Shown one piece after another: positions 19,120-28,555 of a stretch of DNA of 64,000 nt (its first letter is position 1; the number at the start of each line of letters is the position of its first letter). Below the pieces are notes generated by a model that did not search any database, was not told the origin of the DNA, and saw nothing but the letters and a program-made list of their open reading frames with translations. Source of the stretch: Patescibacteria group bacterium (GTDB lineage Bacteria; Patescibacteriota; Minisyncoccia; Portnoybacterales; GWB1-42-6); contig JAKLIA010000002.1 in the NCBI GenBank assembly GCA_022709865.1, forward strand, positions 82,183 through 146,182, given 5' to 3'. The translations under genes and the position numbers were made by a program.

Positions 19120-19290
19120 TCTAGAGACGAGGTTGTGGATAAAAAAATGCCTATTGATTATCGGCCTCGGCTCTCGTCGCGCCGCCGCGCTCCTCGGCCT
19201 GGCCACCGCCTCACGGTTTTGCCTGCTGGCAAAACATCGTTCCGGCGTTCGCTTCCCCACGCAAGCCAAGCAGTTGGCTTGCTCCCGGTG
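19120..19290 (-). ncRNA. GC-rich (~65% GC) structured RNA candidate co-oriented with and immediately 3' of tRNA-Lys; class unknown
   Basis: Perfect hairpins GCAAGCCAA-CUGC-UUGGCUUGC and GUUUUGCC-AGCA-GGCAAAAC. Purine-rich internal loops GGCC-GAGGAG-CGCG[GCGG]CGCG-ACGAGAGCCGA-GGCC. Ends in an intrinsic terminator (cgucucuagacgggguuuuuguuu). The track's 65-aa ORF here is Arg-rich and implausible. Confidence 0.35.
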
Positions 19291-19326
19291 CACAAAAAAA
19301 TAACCCTAACGGGTTATAATTTTTTG

Positions 19327-19399
19327 TGCACCGGGGGGGAATCGAACCCTCGACCGTCTCCTTAAAAGGGAGCTGCTCTACCGACTGAGCTACCGGTGC
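19327..19399 (-). tRNA. tRNA-Lys (anticodon UUU)
   Basis: GCACCGGTAGCTCAGTCGGTAGAGCAGCTCCCTTTTAAGGAGACGGTCGAGGGTTCGATTCCCCCCGGTGCA. Cloverleaf with 7-bp acceptor, anticodon loop CTTTTAA, T-loop TTCGATT. Confidence 0.85.
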
Positions 19400-19404
19400 A
19401 AAAC

Positions 19405-19644
19405 TTATATTCTTTCCTTTAAAAATCTTCTGCCAAATCCTGTTTTAAAATATTTTTCTCTTTTCAAAGCCTTCTCCTTACTTTCACAAGCCTCATAATA
19501 TATTAATTCTAGCGGTCTTCTCTCTTTTGTAGCACAAACACCGCCATTCGCATGTTCACCAATTCTCTTTTTTAAATCCTCGGTAAAACCTATATATAAT
19601 TTACCGTCTTTTTTACTTAAAAGAATGTAGGTATAGAAAAACAT
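19405..19644 (-). CDS. GIY-YIG nuclease family protein (YhbQ/UPF0213-like, ~80 aa)
   Basis: MFFYTYILLSKKDGKLYIGFTEDLKKRIGEH...ELIYYEA...E..AL.REK motifs of the GIY-YIG fold. Start taken at ATG 19644. Confidence 0.8.
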   Translation of the reverse strand: MFFYTYILLSKKDGKLYIGFTEDLKKRIGEHANGGVCATKERRPLELIYYEACESKEKALKREKYFKTGFGRRFLKERI

Positions 19645-19707
19645 ATGCCGACTGAGCCCCGCCCGCAACGCCTAAGCGTAGCTTTGGCGGGCGCGGTACC
19701 GGTGCTT
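19645..19707 (-). repeat. Partial duplicate of tRNA-Lys 5' end (nt 1-9 + 39-nt GC hairpin insert + nt 10-19)
   Basis: Minus strand reads GCACCGGTA-[CCGCGCCCGCCAAAGCTACGCTTAGGCGTTGCGGGCGGG]-GCTCAGTCGG, then CAT-ATG of the GIY-YIG gene. It matches the first 19 nt of the tRNA at 19381..19399. Confidence 0.6.
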
Positions 19708-19743
19708 GCTGCAAATGCGACTTTAATAATTTACCATATTTTT

Positions 19744-19770
19744 CAAAAAAATCAACCCCTGCCGGGGTTA
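19744..19770 (-). terminator. Terminator after the 19798..20349 gene
   Basis: aacccc-tgcc-ggggtt palindrome with a minus-strand U-tract. Confidence 0.5.
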
Positions 19771-19797
19771 AAGCTTAAAATTAAAATGCCCTAAAGC

Positions 19798-20349
19798 CTA
19801 TTCATCGTAAGAATACTGCTGATGCCGGCTGCGCAAGAACATAATTGCCAAAAAGGGCAATAAGATCCACAAAAACTGCGCCAGAGACCCCACAAAAATC
19901 GTCTGCGCCAAGGGACTCAAGCTAGCGGTGACCTTAGTTGGCAAAAAGGCGACTATCATAGCCAGAATCAACCCGATCTGCAAAACGCTTAAAATTAAAA
20001 CTTGCCACCAGCTATTAGCTCCCCGGCCGCCCGATTTTAACGCACCGCGCAGCGAAGAATGAGGAATCAAAAAATAAAAGCCGAGTGATAAAGCCAGAAA
20101 AATAAATACCTGAACAGTGTTTTCCGGCGCCTCTTTTAATCCAAGCAACGGCAATTCTTTCCAAGGGATTGCCCGGGTGATAAAAAAAGAAAAATATACC
20201 CCAATCATCACTATCACCAATCGGTTGCGCCCCATAGCCAATCCATAAACTAAAGCCACGGCTAAAAAAACCAAGATCATCAGCCAATCCCAAGAACCGG
20301 AAAAACTAAAATTAGCTAAACTGAAAGAAGAAGAATTCATACCCTCCAA
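19798..20349 (-). CDS. Integral membrane protein (CvpA-like)
   Basis: Four to five TM helices; weak resemblance to the CvpA family. Confidence 0.45.
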   Translation of the reverse strand: MEGMNSSSFSLANFSFSGSWDWLMILVFLAVALVYGLAMGRNRLVIVMIGVYFSFFITRAIPWKELPLLGLKEAPENTVQVFIFLALSLGFYFLIPHSSLRGALKSGGRGANSWWQVLILSVLQIGLILAMIVAFLPTKVTASLSPLAQTIFVGSLAQFLWILLPFLAIMFLRSRHQQYSYDE

Positions 20350-20364
20350 AAGGTTTTTAAAAAA

Positions 20365-21468
20365 TTAATTCCCTGCTTCTTTTTTTAATTCTTCAAGCAA
20401 TTCTTTTCCCTTGCGAGATAAGTGTTTAGGCGTTTTAACCTTTACTCTTACCATCATATCACCAAATCCCCGGCGTTGTAAGCGAGGCATCCCCTTGCCT
20501 TCCAAACGTATGCTGGTGCCGCTTTCAATGCCCTCAGGGATCTTTAGGCTTATCCAGCCAGATAACGTTGGTATCTCTATTTTATCTCCCAAAGCAGCTT
20601 GGGAAAACGATATTGGCAAATCATAAAAAAGATTATCGCCCTCGCGTGTAAATCTCGGGTCTGGCCGCAAATGGACAGTAATATACAAATCTCCGGCTGT
20701 CGCACCGCGCCCTCCTGCTTCGCCTTGCCCGGATAAGCTTATCACTTGCCCGCTTTGAATACCGGCTGGTATTTTTACCCGCAAAGAGTGGCTTTCTTTC
20801 ACCCGGCCATCACCGCCGCATTTGGAGCAAGGCTTTTCCGGTTTTTTCCCAGCGCCGCCGCAATCAGGGCAAACAACCACCTGGGAAAATGAAAAAAATC
20901 CGCCGCCAGCCCGCTGCTCAACTTGCCCCGCGCCTTTGCAGGTCGAACAAGTTTTTATTTTCGAACCGGGCTCTCCGCCGCTGCCGGCGCACTTGTCGCA
21001 AACCACCGCCTTGCGGAGATTTATTTCTTTATCCACACCTTTAAAAGCTTCCTCCAAAGATATTTCCACATCCACCCCTATGTCTTGTCCCTTCCGCCGG
21101 CCGCTTCGGCCAGCTCTTTGGCCGCCCCCGCCGCCAAAAATGCTTTCGAAAATATTTTCAAAGCCGCCGCCATTGTTCTGGCCGGAATTAAAGGCCTCAG
21201 CAAAAGACGAAAAATCTCTAAAACCCTCAAAGCCATGGGCTCCGCCCCGGGCTTGGGCCTGTTCAAAGGTTGTGCCATATTGGTCGTATTGGCTCTTTTT
21301 TTGCGGGTCCGACAAAACCTGGTAGGCTTCATTCACTTCTTTGAACTTTTCCTGGTTCCCACCCTTATCCGGATGGTGCTGTTGAGCCAATTTCCGATAA
21401 GCCCGTTTTATCTCATCCGAAGAAGCGTTTTTAGCTACACCCAATATCTTGTAATAATCTTTTGACAT
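20365..21468 (-). CDS. dnaJ: Molecular chaperone DnaJ
   Basis: J-domain [37 protein letters not shown]-rich linker, four CxxCxGxG zinc repeats. Confidence 0.95.
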   Translation of the reverse strand: MSKDYYKILGVAKNASSDEIKRAYRKLAQQHHPDKGGNQEKFKEVNEAYQVLSDPQKKSQYDQYGTTFEQAQARGGAHGFEGFRDFSSFAEAFNSGQNNGGGFENIFESIFGGGGGQRAGRSGRRKGQDIGVDVEISLEEAFKGVDKEINLRKAVVCDKCAGSGGEPGSKIKTCSTCKGAGQVEQRAGGGFFSFSQVVVCPDCGGAGKKPEKPCSKCGGDGRVKESHSLRVKIPAGIQSGQVISLSGQGEAGGRGATAGDLYITVHLRPDPRFTREGDNLFYDLPISFSQAALGDKIEIPTLSGWISLKIPEGIESGTSIRLEGKGMPRLQRRGFGDMMVRVKVKTPKHLSRKGKELLEELKKEAGN

Positions 21469-21470
21469 AA

Positions 21471-22280
21471 TTATATTTCTATTCCCTCTTTCTGGACCTG
21501 AGTTTTATTTATTTTTACAATTCCCCGCCACAACAATATCTTGTAAGCCAGCCAAGCCAGAAAAATTGCCGGCCAAGCCAGAAAAAATCCTATGAACTTT
21601 AAAGTAAAAAATACGCTTAAAGCCAAAACCGCCGGAAGAAATCTCCTATAATCTCCTAACCAATCGCCAACTTGCTCGTTAACGGTTTTATAAACCTCGT
21701 CTTGTTGCTGCCGGCTAGATAAAGAATCAGCCGCCGGCATGTTTTCCAGGCCAGAGATCTTTTGGACCAATTGGCTGGTAATAGTGTTGAATACGGGCCG
21801 CGGCACGTTAATATCATCGCTTTTTAGGGATTGGGCATATGGCGCCCAATAAAATATCAAAGTGGTTAGCAAAAGAATGGAGCTGGCCGCGGCTGAGGTG
21901 GCTTTTCTCAATATTCTAACGACTTCCAGGTCAACCGTTTCTTTTTTATCGGCTGTCACCTTAAAAATGCAATTAACTAGAAAATAAATAGCTAAGACAA
22001 ACCACAAAAGAGACCACTTCAGCTGAGCAAAAAATAAAAAAGGCGTTAGGGTCAAAAAAGCCGCTGCCAAAAGATATTTTTTCTCATTTTCCAAAAAATA
22101 ATAAAGCCCCAGGATCGCCGTTAAGACCAAAAATAAAATCAGCGGGCAAATAGTTTTTTCCCACCACGTTCCGCCGTCATTCAGCGATCTTTCCAGATAA
22201 AGCCAGAAAGAGAACGAGAAAAATAAAATTAATGCGCCAAATATTGTCCTGACAATATTCTTTCTTTCCATATATATCAA
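21471..22280 (-). CDS. Hypothetical polytopic membrane protein encoded between dnaK and dnaJ
   Basis: Six or more TM helices, no recognisable domain. Tightly packed between dnaK stop and dnaJ start. Confidence 0.5.
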   Translation of the reverse strand: MIYMERKNIVRTIFGALILFFSFSFWLYLERSLNDGGTWWEKTICPLILFLVLTAILGLYYFLENEKKYLLAAAFLTLTPFLFFAQLKWSLLWFVLAIYFLVNCIFKVTADKKETVDLEVVRILRKATSAAASSILLLTTLIFYWAPYAQSLKSDDINVPRPVFNTITSQLVQKISGLENMPAADSLSSRQQQDEVYKTVNEQVGDWLGDYRRFLPAVLALSVFFTLKFIGFFLAWPAIFLAWLAYKILLWRGIVKINKTQVQKEGIEI

Positions 22281-22343
22281 AACTCGCTTTTAGTTTAACA
22301 CACCTAAGCGAGTCTTGATAGCTAAAAGCTGTGTAAAATTATC

Positions 22344-24197
22344 TTACTTCTTGCTGCCGCCTTCTTCAAACTCTCCTTTTATCGTGCCTCCATCGCCTTC
22401 GCCTTTTTCCTTGATTTCCGGCTCTTCGGTCACTTCTTTTTCGGTAGCTTTTTCCTGCTGATACATCTGACTGCCGATCTTTTGGATTTCCTGCGACAAA
22501 GCATCTAGGGCCTGTTTCAAAACAGCTTCATCGTTGCCGTCTTTAACTTTTTTGACCGCTTCTATTTTTTCTTCCACACCTTTTTTGATATCCGCCGGCA
22601 CTTTATCGCCAGCATCGCGCAAGGTCTTTTCCACGCTATAGATAGTGGTGTCGGCTTGGTTTCGCAAATCAATTATCTCTTTTTGCTTGCGGTCATCGGC
22701 CGCATGAGCTTCAGCTTCCTGTTTCATCCGCTCGATTTCTTCTTTAGAAAGAGCCGAGGTGTCTTTAATAGTGATATTTTGCGATTTATTGGTCGCTTTA
22801 TCTTTAGCAGTCACGGTTAAAATACCGTTGGCATCAATATCAAAAGTCACTTCGATCTGCGGCACGCCACGCGGAGATGGCGGAATGCCGTCCAAAATGA
22901 ACCGGCCAAGAGTTCTGTTGTCTTTTGCCATTGGCCGCTCGCCTTGCAAAATATGGATTTCCACGCCCGGTTGGTTATCCGAAGCTGTAGAAAAAACTTG
23001 GGATTTGGAAGTTGGAATAGTTGTGTTGCGCTCGATCAAGGGAGTCGAAACAGCGCCCATAGTTTCAATGCCCAAAGTTAACGGCGTCACATCCAGTAAC
23101 AAAACATCCTTCATTTCGCCGCCTAGCACCGCTCCTTGGATTGCCGCGCCCATCGCCACGCACTCCATTGGGTCCACGCCACGCTCAATTTTTTTGCCCA
23201 CATAATCTTCCACGAATTTTTGCATGATTGGCATGCGAGTCGGCCCGCCCACCATAATAATGCGCGTGATGTTTTGCGGAGTTAATTTAGCATCGTTTAG
23301 CGCTTGCTCTACGGGGTGTTGGCAGCGGTCGATTATCGGTTTGACCAATTCCTCTAATTTGGCGCGGGTAATTTTCAGCTGCAAGTGCTTGGGCCCGTTC
23401 TGGTCGGCTGTAATGAACGGCAAATTAATATCTGTTTCCAAAGTTGAAGATAATTCTATTTTGGCTTTCTCGGCCGCTTCCTTTAAGCGGGTCATTGCCA
23501 TTTTGTCCTTGGCTAGGTCTAAGCCGGAATCTTTTTTAAACTCGCCTAAAATATAATTAACTAAGTTTTCATCCATATCCGTTCCGCCCAAATGCGTATC
23601 GCCGGAAGTAGAAATAACTTCAAACACGCCTTCACCAAACTCCATTATAGTAACGTCCAATGTTCCGCCGCCAAAGTCAAAAACTAAGATCTTCTCGTCT
23701 TTGCCGGCTTTATCAATGCCGTAAGCCAAAGCCGCGGCTGTCGGCTCATTAATAATGCGCACTACTTCCAAGCCCGCGATGGCGCCGGCATCCTTAGTTG
23801 CTTGGCGCTGCGCATCGTTAAAATACGCCGGCACAGTGATCACTGCCTTCTCGATGTGGCTGCCCAAATACGCTTCCGCGTCCTTCTTGATTTTCTGCAA
23901 AATATACGCGGAAATCTGCTGAGGCGTATATTCTTTGCCATTGGCCTTTACCATTTCGCTCGTTCCCATCTTGCGCTTAACGGCTAAAATGGTGTTTTCC
24001 GGATTAGTCACCGCCTGCCTCCGCGCCGGCTCGCCAACTAAAAGCTGGCCGTCTTTGGTAAACGCCACATAAGACGGAAAAGCCTTGCCGCCAACGCTGG
24101 TGCCTTCGGCGGAAGGAATGATTGTCGCTTTGCCGCCTTCCACTACCGCGGCCGCTGAATTGGATGTTCCTAAGTCTATACCGATGATTTTTGACAT
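22344..24197 (-). CDS. dnaK: Molecular chaperone DnaK (Hsp70)
   Basis: [23 protein letters not shown]...[14 protein letters not shown]... full-length Hsp70. Confidence 0.95.
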   Translation of the reverse strand: MSKIIGIDLGTSNSAAAVVEGGKATIIPSAEGTSVGGKAFPSYVAFTKDGQLLVGEPARRQAVTNPENTILAVKRKMGTSEMVKANGKEYTPQQISAYILQKIKKDAEAYLGSHIEKAVITVPAYFNDAQRQATKDAGAIAGLEVVRIINEPTAAALAYGIDKAGKDEKILVFDFGGGTLDVTIMEFGEGVFEVISTSGDTHLGGTDMDENLVNYILGEFKKDSGLDLAKDKMAMTRLKEAAEKAKIELSSTLETDINLPFITADQNGPKHLQLKITRAKLEELVKPIIDRCQHPVEQALNDAKLTPQNITRIIMVGGPTRMPIMQKFVEDYVGKKIERGVDPMECVAMGAAIQGAVLGGEMKDVLLLDVTPLTLGIETMGAVSTPLIERNTTIPTSKSQVFSTASDNQPGVEIHILQGERPMAKDNRTLGRFILDGIPPSPRGVPQIEVTFDIDANGILTVTAKDKATNKSQNITIKDTSALSKEEIERMKQEAEAHAADDRKQKEIIDLRNQADTTIYSVEKTLRDAGDKVPADIKKGVEEKIEAVKKVKDGNDEAVLKQALDALSQEIQKIGSQMYQQEKATEKEVTEEPEIKEKGEGDGGTIKGEFEEGGSKK

Positions 24198-24205
24198 TGT
24201 TCAAC

Positions 24206-24268
24206 TGTCATCCTGAACGCAGTGAAGGATCTTTTTAGATCCTTCGGCCTACGGCCTCAGGATGACAA
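24206..24268 (-). promoter_or_regulatory. Complex inverted-repeat RNA element between grpE and dnaK
   Basis: ttgtcatcctga...tcaggatgacaa outer 11-bp arms enclose ggccgtaggcc and gaaggatc-taaaaa-gatccttc hairpins. Confidence 0.35.
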
Positions 24269-24277
24269 AATAATAAA

Positions 24278-24799
24278 TTATTTTGTCACCTTAACTTTGG
24301 CTGTTCTTAAAACTTTTCCATTTAATAAATACCCTTTTTGCACCTCTTCTAAAACTTGGCCTTCACTGTCTTTTGATTCTATCGTTTCCACTGCTTCATG
24401 CAGATTATGGTCAAACTTTTCGCCAACCACTTTCATTTCCGCCAAACCGTGGCCCGACAGTGTTTTTATCAATTGGCTTCTAACCATTTCCAGCCCCTTA
24501 TCTTTCTGCTCGCTATGGGCAATCGAGGCGTCCAGCGTATCCAGCACCGGCAATATATCCCTTATCAATCCCTCGCCGAACATTTTTGACCACTCGCTCA
24601 TTTGCTCTTCCTGCCTGCGCCGGTAATTGATGAAATCCGCCTGTGCCCGCTGCCAACCCGTTAGATTATCGTGCTTTTCCTGCTGGCATTGTTTCAATTC
24701 TTCTTTCAGCTTCTCCAATTTCTTTTTTACATCCACCGATAGGCTTTCGTTATTTTCCTCCTCATATTTAACTTCTTGGTCGCCTTTTTCTTCGGTCAT
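24278..24799 (-). CDS. grpE: Nucleotide exchange factor GrpE
   Basis: Coiled-coil N-terminus and LLPVLDTLDASIAH...GYLLNGKVLRTAKVKV C-terminal beta-domain. Confidence 0.9.
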   Translation of the reverse strand: MTEEKGDQEVKYEEENNESLSVDVKKKLEKLKEELKQCQQEKHDNLTGWQRAQADFINYRRRQEEQMSEWSKMFGEGLIRDILPVLDTLDASIAHSEQKDKGLEMVRSQLIKTLSGHGLAEMKVVGEKFDHNLHEAVETIESKDSEGQVLEEVQKGYLLNGKVLRTAKVKVTK

Positions 24800-24800
24800 A

Positions 24801-25520
24801 TTATTTTTTATTTTTTATTTTTTTAGACTTCTTATTGATCTTTTTCTTTACTTCTTCCAGCACAAACTTGTTTTTCTGATAATTCATTCTCTTAGGGCCC
24901 AAAACTCCCAGAACTCCGCGGCCGCCTTCTCTCTCAAAACTCGTTACCACCAAACTGTAATTGCGCAAATATTTTATAGGGTTTTCATGGCCGATAAAAA
25001 TCTCTGTTTCTTCTTCCATATCGCCAAAAAACTTATTAAAATCCTCTTCCAGCGAGTCAAAACACTTCATCATATTTTTCAGATCCGCATCTTCGTATTC
25101 GGGCTCCTCGGCCAGCCATTTTAATCCCGAACCGTGCCAATCGGACATTTGGCCAAAAAGGCCGGAAAAACCCAAGCCTCGCGAAAAATTAGCCAGAAAC
25201 TGCGCCATTTCTTTTAAGGATTCGTCGTGAAGCTGGCGCAACTGCGATAAAACCCGTTCCCGCTCGCTTTGATTCAGTTCTTCTCCTCCTGTTTCTTCAA
25301 TAAAAAACCGAAAAGCCTTATCAGTGGGCACGCGCCCGGCCGAAGTGTGCGGTTGTTCCAAAAGGCCCGCTTTATCCAAAGCCAGCATTTCTGCGCGCAG
25401 AGTGGCAGGGCTAAAGCCAAAATCCCAGCGTTTAGCCAAATCCAAAGAAGCCACCGGCTGACCTGTGCGCTGGTATTCTTTAACCACCGCTTTTAATATC
25501 TTCTTTTGGCGCTCTTGCAT
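24801..25520 (-). CDS. hrcA: Heat-inducible transcription repressor HrcA (short form, 239 aa, Lys-rich C-terminal tail)
   Basis: N-terminal wHTH ILKAVVKEYQRTGQPVASLDLAKRW...SPATLRAEMLALDKAGLLEQPHTSAGRVPTDKAFRFFIEE. Ends KKKINKKSKKIKNKK. Confidence 0.8.
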   Translation of the reverse strand: MQERQKKILKAVVKEYQRTGQPVASLDLAKRWDFGFSPATLRAEMLALDKAGLLEQPHTSAGRVPTDKAFRFFIEETGGEELNQSERERVLSQLRQLHDESLKEMAQFLANFSRGLGFSGLFGQMSDWHGSGLKWLAEEPEYEDADLKNMMKCFDSLEEDFNKFFGDMEEETEIFIGHENPIKYLRNYSLVVTSFEREGGRGVLGVLGPKRMNYQKNKFVLEEVKKKINKKSKKIKNKK

Positions 25521-25533
25521 ATATTTATAAAAA

Positions 25534-25560
25534 TTAGCACTCTCATATCAAGACTGCTAA
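25534..25560. promoter_or_regulatory. CIRCE-like HrcA operator (TTAGCACTC-N9-GACTGCTAA)
   Basis: One mismatch to TTAGCACTC-N9-GAGTGCTAA. Lies 14 nt upstream of the hrcA start on the transcribed side. Confidence 0.7.
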
Positions 25561-25646
25561 TTCCATTCTAGCGCGTTTTAAAAGGCTGTCAAGAGAAAAT
25601 AAAAAAGCTGCTCGGAAGTTTCCAAGCAGCAGACAGATAATTTGCT

Positions 25647-25853
25647 TTATTTTTTATCTTCAGCAAATCTCCTATTTTTTCTGTTGCGGTCCTTAAACCT
25701 TATACCCTCAACAATAAAGGTAAAAACCAAACAGAAAAAACTAATTCTCCACAGCAATTCGCTCAATTGAGGCAGAGACATCCATGTTATTGCCAATGCC
25801 GTCAACAACGCCTGAACGCCAACCCCTAATAAAAAATAAGAACCTTTATACAT
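25647..25853 (-). CDS. Small two-TM membrane protein (68 aa)
   Basis: Strong SD aaggagaaagcaaaATG and its own downstream terminator (gctgct-cggaagtttcca-agcagc + U-tract). Confidence 0.5.
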   Translation of the reverse strand: MYKGSYFLLGVGVQALLTALAITWMSLPQLSELLWRISFFCLVFTFIVEGIRFKDRNRKNRRFAEDKK

Positions 25854-26183
25854 TTTGCTTTCTCCTTTTTTCTTTTAATTTATTTAAGAACTCCCTTGTA
25901 TCTAGCAAAGATTTGAAGAGAAAATTAAGATGAAATATCCCCCAACCTTCTCCCTAAAGGGGCGAGCCCCTCGGGCTATAGCCCTCAAGTCTTTGCCAGC
26001 TTATTGCCTATAATAAGCTTAAATCCATATTAATATATTATACACCATATAATAGAGTTATGTCAATAGACAGGCCCTTCGCCTAAAAGCACTTCTGGAG
26101 CAAAGTTTTTTATGATATCATAAATATATTACTTATCTTTTAACCAGCCTTATTCCTCTTTCTTAAAAAGAGGAAGCAAACAT

Positions 26184-27080
26184 ATGAAAATAGACTACAA
26201 TCAAGTTTCCTGGCAACATATTGCCAGCCCAAGTTTTGGCGATCTGGAGTTTTTAAAAAACAAGTTCAAGGTTTCGACTGCCGTGCTTAACCAATTAATG
26301 GACGCCAACAAACGTCCTAAAATTGAGGAATACGGCCAATATTTGTTTTTGGTTCTGCACTTCCCTGTTTTTAACCCCGAGACTCGGCAAACCACGCCCA
26401 CCGAGCTTGATTTTGTTATCACCCGGGAATCCATTTTTACCATTGCCCAGGAAACCAATCCGGCGCTGGAAAAATTATTTACCGATATGAACGACGACGA
26501 AAGCCTGAAAGAGGAAAGCTTTAAGAACTCCGGCTGCTTATTATTTGATATCTTGGATTATATGATCGATTCCTGCTTGCCGATGCTGGACCATATCCAC
26601 GAAAAGATCGAAGAAATAGAAAAAGAGGTCTTCGATGGCAAAGAACGCGAAATGCTGAAAGAGGTAGCTATCGTTAAGCGCGATATCATCGATTTCCGCC
26701 GAACTATTAAGCCTCAGCGTTCTATTTTGGAAACCCTAGCAAAAAAAGCTTCTCGCTTTTTTGATCAAAACATTGATATTGTTTCCCAGGAAGTTGTCGG
26801 TTCGGAAGTGCGGGTTTGGAATACGCTGGAAAATCATAAAGAAATGATCGAGGCGATCGAAGCCACCAACCACAGCCTTCTTTCCTACCAAATCAACCGA
26901 GTGATGCACACGTTAACCCTCTTCTCGATAATTCTTTTTTCCCTGACTTTTATCACCGGATTTTTCAGCATGCACGTTACCAAAAGCTTGCCCTATATGG
27001 ATTTGCTTTCCATTGGCGCCGTGATGCTAATCTCCATTTTGCTTATTATAATTATCTTCAAAAAAAAGAAGTGGCTGTAA
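26184..27080 (+). CDS. CorA-family divalent-cation transporter homologue with SMH in place of the GMN motif
   Basis: Cytoplasmic alpha/beta domain plus two C-terminal TM helices. TM1 end reads [11 protein letters not shown] where CorA has (Y/F)GMN(F/V). Confidence 0.7.
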   Translation: MKIDYNQVSWQHIASPSFGDLEFLKNKFKVSTAVLNQLMDANKRPKIEEYGQYLFLVLHFPVFNPETRQTTPTELDFVITRESIFTIAQETNPALEKLFTDMNDDESLKEESFKNSGCLLFDILDYMIDSCLPMLDHIHEKIEEIEKEVFDGKEREMLKEVAIVKRDIIDFRRTIKPQRSILETLAKKASRFFDQNIDIVSQEVVGSEVRVWNTLENHKEMIEAIEATNHSLLSYQINRVMHTLTLFSIILFSLTFITGFFSMHVTKSLPYMDLLSIGAVMLISILLIIIIFKKKKWL

Positions 27081-27090
27081 TAACAATTCC

Positions 27091-28518
27091 GTGCCAATAA
27101 AACTTTTTAACACTCTCACCCGCCAAAAAGAAGTTTTTACCCCGCTGCGCAAGGGCTGTGTGGGTTTTTATGCTTGCGGCCCTACGGTCTATGACTACGC
27201 GCATATTGGCAACCTGCGCACTTTTTTGTTCGAAGATATCTTGCGCCGGACGCTTGAATATAATGGTTACAGCGTAAAATATGTTATGAACTTCACGGAT
27301 GTGGGGCATCTGGTTAGCGACGGTGATGAAGGCGAAGATAAAATGACCAAAGGCGCCAGGCGCGAAAATAAAAGTGCGCGTGAAATCGCGGATTTTTATA
27401 TCGCCGCCTTCAAGCGCGACGCTGCCGCGCTTAATATTTTGCCGCCAACTATTTATGCACGCGCCACCGATTATATAAAAGAGCAGATCGCGCTGGTTAA
27501 GGTTTTAGAAAAAAAGGGATTTACTTATTTGACCGATGACGGGGTCTATTTTGATACCAGCAAATTATCTGATTACGGCCAGCTGGCTAAACTTGATATT
27601 GAAGGCTTGAAAGCCGGAGCCCGCATCGAGCAAGTGGCGGGCAAAAAAAATCCGACCGATTTTGCCTTATGGAAATTAATGCCGCCGGGCGTTAAGTGGC
27701 TTCAAAGCTGGAAGTCTCCTTGGGGCACAGGCTGCCCGGGCTGGCACTTGGAATGCTCGGCGATGTCGCAAAAACATTTAGGAGCGCAATTTGATATCCA
27801 CGCCGGCGGCATCGACTTGATCCCGGTGCACCACACCAACGAAATCGCGCAAAGTGAAGCCGCCTATGGCCAAAATCCGGCTCGCTATTGGGTGCACGGC
27901 GAGTTTATTTTGGTAGATAACGCCAAAATGGCTAAATCCTTGGGAAACTTTATTACTTTAGAAAAAATATCAGCTAAGTTTAACCCATTGGCTTTCCGCT
28001 ATTTAACCTTAACCGCCCATTATCGCTCCCAACTTAATTTAACTTGGGAATCTTTGGATGCGGCCCAATCTGCGTTAAATAATCTTTATCAAAAAATGCG
28101 GGAACTTAAAGGAATAATGAATCCTTTTTGGCCGCTAATTAAATTAATAGCTGGCAAGAAGACTAAAGATGCCATAAAAATAATTGCCCAATACGAAGAC
28201 TCCTTCCGCGAATATATCGACGACGACCTAAATATGCCAGAAGCCTTGGCGCTGGTCTGGAAAATATTAAACGATGCTATTTTGCCGGCCGCCGGGAAAA
28301 TGGAGCTATTAAAAAAGTTCGATAAAGTGCTAGGATTGGATCTGGATAAAATTAAAATTATTTCTCCTCCGGCGGGAATTAAAAAAATGGCAGCCGAGAG
28401 AGAAGTTTTCCGCCAAAATAAAGATTGGGCTAAGTCTGACGAGTTGCGCGATAAGATCGCCGCTAACGGCTGGCTGGTCGAAGACACGCCGCAAGGGCCA
28501 AAATTGACAAAAAAATAA
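27091..28518 (+). CDS. cysS: Cysteine--tRNA ligase
   Basis: [21 protein letters not shown] (HIGH-class motif), CysRS zinc-ligand region [20 protein letters not shown] (KMSKS). GTG start. Confidence 0.95.
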   Translation: MPIKLFNTLTRQKEVFTPLRKGCVGFYACGPTVYDYAHIGNLRTFLFEDILRRTLEYNGYSVKYVMNFTDVGHLVSDGDEGEDKMTKGARRENKSAREIADFYIAAFKRDAAALNILPPTIYARATDYIKEQIALVKVLEKKGFTYLTDDGVYFDTSKLSDYGQLAKLDIEGLKAGARIEQVAGKKNPTDFALWKLMPPGVKWLQSWKSPWGTGCPGWHLECSAMSQKHLGAQFDIHAGGIDLIPVHHTNEIAQSEAAYGQNPARYWVHGEFILVDNAKMAKSLGNFITLEKISAKFNPLAFRYLTLTAHYRSQLNLTWESLDAAQSALNNLYQKMRELKGIMNPFWPLIKLIAGKKTKDAIKIIAQYEDSFREYIDDDLNMPEALALVWKILNDAILPAAGKMELLKKFDKVLGLDLDKIKIISPPAGIKKMAAEREVFRQNKDWAKSDELRDKIAANGWLVEDTPQGPKLTKK

Positions 28519-28545
28519 AGGCATCTTTTTCGATGCCTTTTATTG
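28518..28545. terminator. Bidirectional terminator between cysS and the 28556..29065 gene
   Basis: aaaggcatc-tttttc-gatgccttt flanked by A/T runs. Confidence 0.6.
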
Positions 28546-28555
28546 CGCGCCAGCG

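Noticed and set aside
19120-19290. Calling the GC island an SRP RNA outright
   Set aside because: There is partial resemblance to the domain IV strand, but the apical loop is not GNRA and I cannot verify the fold without a covariance search. Left as unclassified.
19096-19293. 65-aa Arg/Pro-rich ORF (and 76-aa plus-strand ORF) over the GC island after tRNA-Lys
   Set aside because: Composition is driven by high GC. The region is full of perfect hairpins and ends in a terminator, so a structured RNA is far more plausible than a protein.
20411-21465. Plus-strand 167- and 180-aa ORFs opposite dnaJ
   Set aside because: Antisense to the Gly-rich/zinc-finger region of dnaJ. The GC-rich codons create long open antisense frames.
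24004-24204. Arg-rich 66-aa ORF overlapping the dnaK start
   Set aside because: Out of frame with and embedded in dnaK; low-complexity. No signals.
24627-25496. Plus-strand ORFs (165, 89, 75 aa) opposite grpE/hrcA
   Set aside because: Antisense to confidently assigned heat-shock genes.
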